A stretch of DNA of 64,000 nucleotides, taken from contig LSRY02000003.1 in the NCBI GenBank assembly GCA_001643675.2, positions 1,736,001 to 1,800,000 of the forward strand, written 5' to 3'. The position numbers and the translations under genes are program-made. The DNA comes from Monocercomonoides exilis PA203 (Eukaryota > Protista > Preaxostyla). The notes below the pieces were generated by a model. It was not told the DNA's origin, ran no database searches, and saw only the letters and a program-made list of their open reading frames with translations. Positions 53,972 to 64,000 of the stretch are shown here, piece by piece (the stretch's first letter is position 1; every line of letters begins with the position of its first letter).

Positions 53972-56900
53972 ATGATTAGGATCACAGTATTAGCTCAAAT
54001 ACTCGCTGCATTCCTCACCATAAATCTCGTTCATGGAGAGAACATCGCAAACAGCATCATCAGAGGCGCTCACACAGACAAGGTGGAACATGCATCGGGA
54101 AATCACATCTGTGGTGCTCAGACAAGCTTCGCCCTCATCAACACCTCCTTGTGTGTGACCCATCTCAACATCATCCCCCTCGCTGGTTGCCCACTCCTCA
54201 CTGCCCAACACCACTCAACTGCCTCCATCTCCTCCTCCACTTGCACCATCCACCCACTTTCCCTCACCAACAACAACTACTACCAACAATGCCCCCTCTT
54301 CCTCTCTGCCCATGCCTCCCTCGCCCTCACAAACTTCTCCCTCACCACCCACCAACCTGCCATCTTCTCCTTCCCCCTCTTCTCCACCCCAAACAATCTC
54401 CTCCCACATGCCCACTCCCCAATCCCTGCCTCCTTCTCCATCTCCCACTCCTCTTTCTCCTCCTTCATCTCCCTCATCCAGCCTTTCCTTTTTTTCTCCT
54501 TCTTCCCTCTCTTCCCCATCCCCTTCTCCATCTCCATCCCTTTCCCCTTCTCCTTCATCTTCCTCATCCTCATCCTCATCCTCTTCTTTTTTCTTCTCCT
54601 TCCCCTTCCCTTTCCCCTTCCATTTCCTCTTCCCCTTCCCCTCTCCATATCCATCACCAATCCCATCCCCACCTCCAAATCCACCTCAATCTCCATCTCT
54701 CAAACACCCTCTTCTCCAACATCTCATCTCCCCAATCCCCTCTATCACTTCCATCCCTTCCCTCCCACACTCACTCAATCCATTCACCTCAACCACCTCT
54801 TCCTCTTCTTCCACTTCCACCAACACCAACACCAATTCAATCCCCTCCTTCTCCCTTCACTCATCCTCTCCATCCACTCAACCATCTTCAAACACACCCA
54901 CAACCCCATCGATGGTGCCATTCTCCCCAACCTCAACAGCCCTCCACTTCTCTCTCTGCCTTCAACACTTCTTTTCTTCACCAAACACGATCTTCACCAA
55001 ATGCTGCTGTTGTACATGTTGGAACTGAATCTCAAAGAGCGAAACCTGGAAGACTGGATTCTTTTGATCTGAACAGCCACAAATTTGAATGGTGCGAATG
55101 GAAAGATACAACTGGTGGAGCTGTCCATGGAGGAGCGCTTTATGTTTATTGTGCAAATGCAAACCTCACAGTCACTTCTTGTTCGTTCAACAATTGTTCG
55201 GCAAAAGGACACAATGGTGGAGCATTAGATTGCAATAGTTTGTTAAAAATTGATATCACAAAATCCAATTTCACAAGTTGCTCGGCTGCTCATGGAGGAG
55301 CAGTCCATGCTACAAGTCCACGATCAAATTCTGTTTGGACATTCTCAGAAAACAGAGTGGAAAGTTGTTCAATAACAAATTGGTGTGGAACTGGTTGGTA
55401 TTTTAACATGGGAAGTACACCAACAAGCGCTCAATTCCTGTTTTCCAAATGCAAGTGCATCTCAAATTCTGGTGGTGATTCTGCTGGTTCTCTCACATTT
55501 CATTGGCCTCCACAAAATAAACCAAATCAATTTTTGGTTAATGATTGCCAATTCATAAATAATAAATTGACAAGTGCATCATCTTCACGCGGAGGAGCTG
55601 CGCTGTGTTGCACAAACACCTTCACTTGGATGAGTGGAGTAAAATTCATCACATTCTGTTTCTTCGATGGAAACACTGCCACAAATGGAAGAGGAAATGA
55701 CGTGTTCTTCAGTGGTAATGCCATCACCCAATCCCCATTTGAGAATTGTGGCTCAACAACTCCAACAAAAAGAGTGTTTAATAATGGAACAGCAGACAAT
55801 GAAACTTTCAATGGCTGGCTCCCCCTCATCGCCCAGAACAAAATCGTTGCCAGCAATGGAACTGATGCTGATGCCTGTGGCAGACCCCAACAGACCCCAT
55901 GCGCCACCATCGAGTATGCTCTCACTGGCTTCGTTTCCCTCCTCCACGACGCCTCCCTCACCCTCCTCAGTTCAACATTTGTTCCAACTCAAACACTCAC
56001 CTTCAGCGCGGTTGATACCATAATCACTGGAAATGGCACAACTGCCACCATCATCGCCTCCAGTGGCATTCCCCAACCACAAAACTCACATTCACACTCA
56101 TCACAATCAACATCATCATTTTCTTCATTTTCATCGTCATATTCATCATATTCATCTGCATCTTCTTCACCAGATCCATCTGCCTCGTCTGCCCTCTTCC
56201 AACAGACACAGGGCTCCCTCACAGTCTCTGCCCTTGCCATCGCCCACAACTCCTCAAATCAAATCACTCCCATCCTCTTCCACCTCTCCGGTAACTCCCC
56301 TTCCCTCAATCTCAACACAACCACCATCACCGGAACAACCTCCATAACAATAAAAACTCCCCTCTTCTTCCTCACTGCTGGCTCCCTCGCCCTCAACCAC
56401 ACAGCAATCACCAGTCTCACCCTCAGCAGCCAAAGCATCTTCCACCTCACCTCCCTCACAAATCCCCTCACCCTCAACTCCTCCAACATCACCCACATCA
56501 CCTCCACTGCCGCCCCCACCAGCTGTGTCCTCTCCTCTGCCACCTCCCCTGCCCTCTCCCTCTCCCTCGCCAACTGCACCATCACCAACATCAACTCAGC
56601 TCCGCAAAACCAACAGACTGCCACCAATGGCGGGTGCATCTCATTCGCCTCATCTTCCACTGCCAACTCCTTTTCAGTGAGTGACACAGCCTTCTCCACC
56701 TGCTCTGTGAGCGAGGATACAAGTTCTGGAGGAAGAGGCGGCGCTCTCATGATCGAGTACAACGATGATTCAGAAGTGTCATCCACAACCTTTTCCATCA
56801 CCAATATCGTGTTTTCAGCCAACAAGGCCAGCGTCGGAAGAGATGTGTATTTTGTGTGTGAATCCCTTGTCGCTTCTGTGAAAGAGCCCTTGTTCGCCTT

Positions 56901-59900
56901 CATGGGAAACATCACTCAGAAAGACAACTCGGCTGTTGGACATGACAGAACAGAAGCATTTTGCGATTGGGATGTCGATTTGTTCATATTCTTCGATGGA
57001 TTCTTTGATGATATAATTTATGTTGATGGAACATCTGGAATGGATAAGGAATATTGTGGGATAGAGAAGGCGCCATGTTACAACGTAAACTACGGAATCG
57101 GGCATTTGAAAAATACACAGAATACAAAAAAGGAGATTATTGTTATTTCGAATTCATTGATGGCGGGATGTGTGGATGTGGGGGGATTGTGTGTGAAAGC
57201 AAAAGAGGAGGAAATGATAAGAATCGAATGCCAAAGAGAAGTGAGTGGATCTGAAGAATGCATTCTTAAATCATCATCACTCACTGAAATGAAGTTCATT
57301 GGGATTATTATTCCATCGAGTTTTAGCAGAACAATCACATCGGTGATTGAATCAAACACTCAAAATGGCAAGTTGCACATGAATAACTGTGAGATGAGTG
57401 TGGCAGGAGGGAATGGAAGCACAATTACATTTTTCTTAATCAAATCGACAGGAATGATGGTTAAGCTGGAGTTTGTCACGATTTCAGATGTGAAATCAAC
57501 AGTCCCGTTATTTTCGTTTACTCTTTCATCATCAAATATGAACGATCAGGAATACAAGGTGAAACTTTTAAATTGTTCACTGCAAAGATTGGAGATTGAT
57601 AGCACAACAGCAGTTGATGAAAAGGCATCAGTGTTTGGAGAGAGTGTTGGAGTTGGTATGGTGATAAATGGAAGTACAATTGATGGGGCATTATCAGAGA
57701 AGAGCAAAGAAGGAGGAGCATTGAAGATAGCGTTGAACGCAGGAGGGTTTATGAATATTCAAGAGAGCTCATTTGTTGGATGTGTTTGTGAGAATGAAAA
57801 CGATGGAGGAAAAGGAGGAGGGATATATCTGGATTGCAGTTCAAATGAAGTCGGATTTCAACTTTCATCGATATCATTTTCTGGATGCTCAGCAACAGTT
57901 GGGAAGAACATGTTTGCGAAGAGTGGGAATCTGGTGAACAGTGTGAAGACAGAGCGTTTTGCATTTGATTACTCAGGATATTCTAATGATGGAAATGCAT
58001 TTGTTGGAGAAGATGGGATTTATGGAGAAATGGATCTTCGAGTATTTCTTGTTTCTTTGAAGTGGATAGAGGTGTCTGTGTCGACTGGTGGGCATGACAC
58101 GTTGGGATGCGGAATTGAAAAATTCCCATGCAAAACGATGAAAAGTGGAATTGACCATATTGACAGAAGTGGGACAGAAGGAAAGAGGAAAGTAACTGTG
58201 AAAGATGGAGGTACAATCGAAGATATTTATTCTTTCACAGATGAACTTGTGATTGATGGGTGTGTGAATAATGGAGATATCGATAAACGCATTCCTATTC
58301 ATTTTGAAGAGACAATCAAAGGGAATTCTGCATCAACTTCATCTGTTATTTCATCAACTCAGCCACTTAGCTTGTTATCTTTGAAGCTGCAGATTCCAAA
58401 TCAATTTGTACCAAGCAAGAATTCTTTGATCTTATCGAGTAGGATTCTCCAACTCGAAAACTGTTTATTTGAAATTCATTCAGCAGCAAATACTGTTCAA
58501 TATACATTGATATCCACAACCACTGGAAGTTGCACATTGAAGGGATGCAGTTTGGCAGATTGTTCGTTTATCATATCTCCATTGGTGATGGCTTCTTCTG
58601 TTTTGTTTGAAAACAACAGCTTTTCAAGTATTGCAAACACTGGAAGCGGCGAAGGAGGTGTTGCAAGAGTGATTTTGAAAGAGAATGAAGAATTTGTTAT
58701 CAAATCAACAAATGTATCATCTTGTTCGCTTTCATCAAGCAATGGAAAAGGAGGATTCTTGTATCTGAATTGCGAAAATTGTTTGAATGAAACACCATTC
58801 CTTTTGGAAGGTGTAACATTTGAGAACAACAATGCAACCATAGGAAAGAATATGTTCATTTTGGGAAAGGATTTCAACATTTCTGTCACAAACGATACTT
58901 TCAAATTTAATTACTTATCAATGAAAGATGATGACAATTTATTTGTTGGAAGCGACGATTTTCATCAAAAAAAGGATTTATTCATGTTTCTGATTCCATA
59001 CAGCTCATTTGAGATATTTATCTCATTCGAAGGATTTGATGTGGCGCGTTGTGGAAGTGAGGAAGAACCGTGCAAAACGATGTGGAAAGGGATGAAAAAT
59101 ATGGAAACAGGAGATGATACGAAAACAATTCAAATATCAGGATCAACAATTATTCAAGATTCATTCAGCATGTCCAATTATCAGATCAAAAAGGCTTCAT
59201 CAATGGGAGAAGAGAATGTGAAAGCAATATTGAATTTTGAAAAGGCAATTGGAAGTCAGCTGGAATATTTCATGGTGAATGAAATTCATCTTGAATTATC
59301 AAACATTCAACTTCAACTAAAATTAGGATTTGACAATTCGGCCAAAACCATTATTTCGAATATAAATGGAGATTTGGTGATAACTGGATGCTCATTCCAT
59401 TCAGAAGCAGGAATAAACAATGGATTTGATTGTGTGTTTGTGGATGCGATTGGAGGAAGTGTAGAAGTGAATGATTTGTCGATTGAATCATCCAATGTTG
59501 GAAATAGCATTTTTGCAATAAACAATGCTGGAGTTTCTTGCCATTTTGTGAATGTTCGAGTGAAATTGTTGAATGAAAGCGGAGGATGCCTTCTTCTGAT
59601 CAAAGGATCTGAATCAACAACAAAGATTAATGAAGGAGGTGAAGAAGGAACAAATATTGAGATTGAGAAATCATCATTTTCAGGAATAAAGAGAAGTGAC
59701 AATGGGCCAAGTATTTTGGAGTCGAAGAGTGAGAAAAAGATTTGTTTGGTTGTAAAGGAGAGCAACATCACAGAAGATAAGGCAGAAAATAGTGAAAAAG
59801 GAGGGGCGATATTCTTCACATTGGGATCGTCTGGATCAATGAATATGATTGACTCCAAAATCACAAATTGCAATTGCAGTATTAGTTCGGGGAAAGGAGG

Positions 59901-62900
59901 AGGGGTGTATCTAGTAACAAAGGAAAGAGGAGATTTGAATTTTTCATTTGTGGGAATGAAATTCAGTGACAACGGTGCAAGTGTTGGAAAAGATATTTTC
60001 ATTGAATGTTATAACATCACATCTCAGATCAATGAAACCCAATTTCGGTTTGATCTTCGAGAAAATCATTATTCACGAATAAATGCGATATATGGAATTG
60101 ATGAATGCCAGTATACAGTTAACACAGATCTTATTAGATTTGTGACGATTCATCAGAGTGACACAATTGTTGTGAGTGGTACGAATGGTTCTAATGATAG
60201 ACAATGTGGAACAAACGATCTTCCTTGTGATTCAATTAATCATGGACTAATGCATCTGACTTCGGAATATGTGAGTCTGTTGTATGTTGACACCAACAGT
60301 GTGATTGGTGAAGAGATAAATTTGGAAGAAATGAGTTTGAGTTCAAAGAGCAGAGAAATGTGTGAAGTTGAAGTGGAAACAGATATTAGAGAAACAAGAG
60401 GGGCATTGATGGCAACAACTGGAACAGTTTCATTGTTGAGAGTGAACTTTGTGTTTGATCCAAATTTCATCTCTTCGCATGAATCATTAATATCACCGGA
60501 GGGAGGGATTCTTGAAATCATGAATTGTTCTTTTTCGTCAAAACTATCGAATGAAGATGGAAATATTGTGAATGCAAATATTCCATTTAACATTATTAAA
60601 ATGGATAAAGGAGAATTACAACTTGATGGATGTGCAATATCAAATCTCATTCTTCATGAATCTGCATTGTATCTTTCATCTCCACTTCCATCAGTTATTT
60701 ATTTGTTTGAGGTATCAAATATAACGGTTGAAACATCTTTGATAGATATTAATGAATGCGGACAATTAACAATTAAGGATTTCAATACAGAAAATATAAC
60801 AGCTGAAGGAAATGAAGAATCACTGATATCTTGCTTGTCAATGAAAAAGACAATGCAATTAGCAAATTGCACAATAGGTGAAGTCAGTTCAAAGACCAAA
60901 AAAGGGAAATTGATGAAATTGGAGAATTGTTTGGATGTGAAAATGGATAGTTGCATTTTTGATGGAAGTTTAAAGGAAAGAAATGAGAAGCAGTTGAATA
61001 TTGAAGAAGAGATGTGCAGATGGGATGGATCTCTTGTGGATGTTGTGAAGAGTTCCATGGTGATGAAAGTTTCAACAATCACAAATTCACCAGAAGGTGG
61101 AATAACAATGAGAGGAGGAAATGTGATTATTGAGAAAGGAGAATTCATTGACAACAATCCATCGATTGAAACGTATCCTTCATTGAGAAGGAATGTTATT
61201 TGTTCAGATTCAGGAACATTGAATGTGATGAGTTTGAAAGGAGGAGATGGAGTTTTGCCAAACACATCACTTTGGATGTTGAATGAGGGATGCGGTTTTG
61301 AAGGGATTGTCTCTGAGAGGGATTCATCGTTCTTCATTCCAGTTCTGGAGAGTGTAGAAACAAAAGAAGAGGCAAGTCGAATGAAATTGACATTCAAAGG
61401 GATGCTTCTTGTTCCATGCAATCTGTCATTCTCACTTGTGAAGAGGAAAGGTGAAGAGAAAGAAATCGAAAAATATGATTTTGATTCAAATGGGTTTTTA
61501 TCAGAGAAAGAAGCTGAAGGAAGCGTTGCGAAAGATCTAATCAGCGGATGTGGAAATGAAATAGAAGTGAGTGTGCATATTTTATTCGGAGTTAATGATT
61601 ATCCTTCATCAACAAATCCATTTATTCTGAAGAATTCTAGCGTAACTCCACCAAAAGATGATGATAAAAAAACTGAAGGAGGAAATAAGAATAACAATGG
61701 AAACATTTCAACTTGGCCAATTATCGTTATTATCATCTTTGCTTTGTTATTCTTGATCGTTTTAATCGTGTCCATCATTGTAACCCTCAGATGGAGAAAA
61801 TCAAAGAGAAGAACTGAAGAATTGGAAGAGATAGTCAATGATACTGTGAAAAAAGATCAAAAATCTTTTGAAATGGTAACTATGGATATGTCTCCAGATG
61901 ATCAATGGAAAAGTTCTGGTAGAGATTCAGACAGATTCAACAAAACAAAACAAAAAATGAGAATATCTCCGAAAAAAATGGAACATTCTGAATCTTCGGA
62001 ATATCTTTTAGCTGAAAGTGGATCAACTGAATATATTCTGGGTCATGATTCTGACAAAATACCAAATTGGGCTTTAGAGAAAGTGGAAGAAGATGAGGAT
62101 GATGAAGAACAAGAAATCAAAAAAAGATCTCCTTCTCCTTCAAAATCTTCAATTTCTTCTTCTGACACAGACTCATCCTTTGTACGCATGGAGGATATGT
62201 GTCCAACTACTTCATCAATGTCAAATCTGGTAGATGCAATGGCTTGCTCTTCTCCTCATGAAAAGTTAATTGTTGACTTGAGAGATTCGTTGTTCATGCT
62301 GCTTCACGGAAGAAATGAGAAAAAGGAGATGGCAATTGGAACATTACAGGAGAGAGAAATCACTGGATCTCAAGTATTGTTCTGGGTTGCAAATGGTGCA
62401 CTTCATTCATTTGAAGAACATGAAATGCCTCTTCCTTCCTTACCAAATTTGAGTCCACACATTGTTCTTTTCTCAGAGCACATGGTTATTTGCATTGCAC
62501 TCCATTCAGACTGTTCATCGGACTCAGACACTTCATCCGTTTCCTCATCTACTATCGCAACATCTTCTTCTGAATGCTCAACTGCTAATGAAGTTAAAAA
62601 ATCTTCACAACCTCCTTCATCAGCTTTTGAGGATGAAGATGATGATTTGAAAGAATGCCTCAGATGGAAAGCACCTGAGCTGATGATCAACAAGAAAATG
62701 GGAGCAACAAAGAAATCTGTAGTGTTTTCTATTGGAATGATGCTGTGGGAATTTTTGAGTTTACAAATTCCATTTAGTGAATATGAGTCTGAGACAGCAG
62801 GACAAAAATTGGTTAATGGAGAAAGACCAGACCTTAACAAAATCGCTGAATCCTCTTTATGCGAATTGTGTGGATGTTGTTTAAGTAGTGTTCCATCTGC

Positions 62901-63054
62901 ACGACCTGCAATCGTAACTGTGAAACGTGAACTTATTAAAAAGTTCCCACCTGGTGCTGCTATCATCACAGCTTCAGATGCCACAATGTATGAATACCTA
63001 AGTGAAGAAGAAGAAGATAAAGCGAGTTACGCTTTGGAAGAAAGTTTAGTGTGA
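53972..63054 (+). CDS. ~3000-aa type I membrane receptor: signal peptide, Cys-rich beta-helix (Pmp/pectin-lyase-like) ectodomain, TM, TKL-derived pseudokinase; apparent frameshifts at 54490-54945
   Basis: Signal-like MIRITVLAQILAAFLTINLVHG. GGA(L/I)...FxxN and CGxxxxPC repeats. TM at ~61714-61790. LRWKAPE...KSVVFSIGMMLWE...IPF...GERP...RP. The frame is open from ~54945 to the TGA. Confidence 0.85.
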
Positions 63055-64000
63055 TATTAATAACTGCTTTGCTGAAAAGCTTCATCTTCTAAATGAAAAC
63101 CTCGTTAGAGAAATAATTTTCAAACAAAATATGTAAAAAATGAATAAACAGTTAAAAATTTGTATTTTATTCAATTAATTGTATAAAATGATACAAATAT
63201 AAAAGCGAAAATTTTTTTAATAAATCAAAATTAAATTTTTGTTCAATTTTTCAATTCATATGAACTTTTAATTTTGTCACGCTTTTACGAGCGTGACTTT
63301 TTAATACTTTTTATTTTTTGAGCTTCTTTTACGAGAACAGCAACTAGTTATAATTTTCAATCGCACTTTTATTTTTTGCTATCACAAAACGAAAATATTT
63401 TTTCTTTAATTGTTTTATAAATTATTCGTATTTTTAAAATAAATGGATGAAAAAGGTTTTGTTAAAGTAATTACAAAATATCACATTTTATTTTGTCGCA
63501 AAACTTTAACAAAAAACAGCAACAATTTTAAAAATTGAAATATTTTTCATTATGTTTTCGTTTTACAAATAATAAATAACTATTTAGGCCTCTGCGACAC
63601 ACATTTTTTGAGAACAATTTGTCGGTCGAAAAATTTTTCTATTGTCGAAAATATTAAAATGATTGTTTCTTCCCAAACTTTGCTTTTCGTGAATATATCT
63701 AACTCACAACAACAAAAACAATAAGTTCAGGCAGATCTTTTTTTATTTATATTTATATTTTTATATTTTTATTACCATAATAATAATATATTATGTATTT
63801 TGAAAACAAATAAGAAATTAATGAAAACACCGTAGAAGATAGATGAAAGGAGTTAAATAGATTGTTGTTTTTATTAAATACAATGATTTGTAATGGATGT
63901 TTTTTGAGATATCTTTGCTGCTGATGAGGATTTGATCAATGGAGATAATTTTAACATTGTTTTTTTAAATGCTCGAAGAAAAATTACTCATGAATAAAAA

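Noticed and set aside
54151-54940. His/Pro/Leu-rich N-terminus of the 2967-aa ORF as real protein
   Set aside because: Largely the wrong frame. The signal peptide lies in another frame and the cassettes show the correct reading.
63276-63348. 8-bp hairpin (gtcacgct/agcgtgac) plus T-run and nearby CTAG, as a terminator or Helitron end
   Set aside because: Eukaryotic context, spacing to CTAG is atypical, and there is no other Helitron evidence.
1-64000. Host-wide TAR=Gln genetic code
   Set aside because: The reticulon gene ends in TAA followed by AT-rich UTR-like sequence, very long ORFs contain no TAR, and the pseudogenes also contain TGA stops and frameshifts.

Overview
AT-rich eukaryotic (protist) genomic DNA with short spliceosomal introns that mostly start GTTTG and with the standard genetic code. 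Gene style and the giant Cys-rich beta-helix receptor family resemble the oxymonad Monocercomonoides; this is an inference and was not verified. Layout: (1) 0.5-9 kb, three intron-containing genes (reticulon-like, SCAR/WAVE, a large Ser-rich hypothetical). (2) 9.5-17 kb, three start-less but stop-free cassettes that each copy only the N-terminal beta-helix domain of the ~3000-aa receptor at 54-63 kb, and that are patchwork mosaics of one another and of that gene. (3) 17-41 kb, a transposon graveyard: decayed Sola-like, pogo-like, hAT and Merlin transposases plus a USP-like pseudogene, all on the minus strand and punctuated by about 10 copies of one TIR/MITE family. The USP-like gene is split by a 2.7-kb Merlin-type element with apparently perfect ~0.92-kb inverted repeats. 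(4) 41.5-52 kb, two decayed receptor paralogues. (5) 54-63 kb, a signal peptide/beta-helix/TM/pseudokinase receptor preceded by an isolated G8/G9 tract. The best candidate for a new system is a cassette-based (gene-conversion-like) diversification of the receptor's N-terminal domain. All alignments and translations were done by eye.
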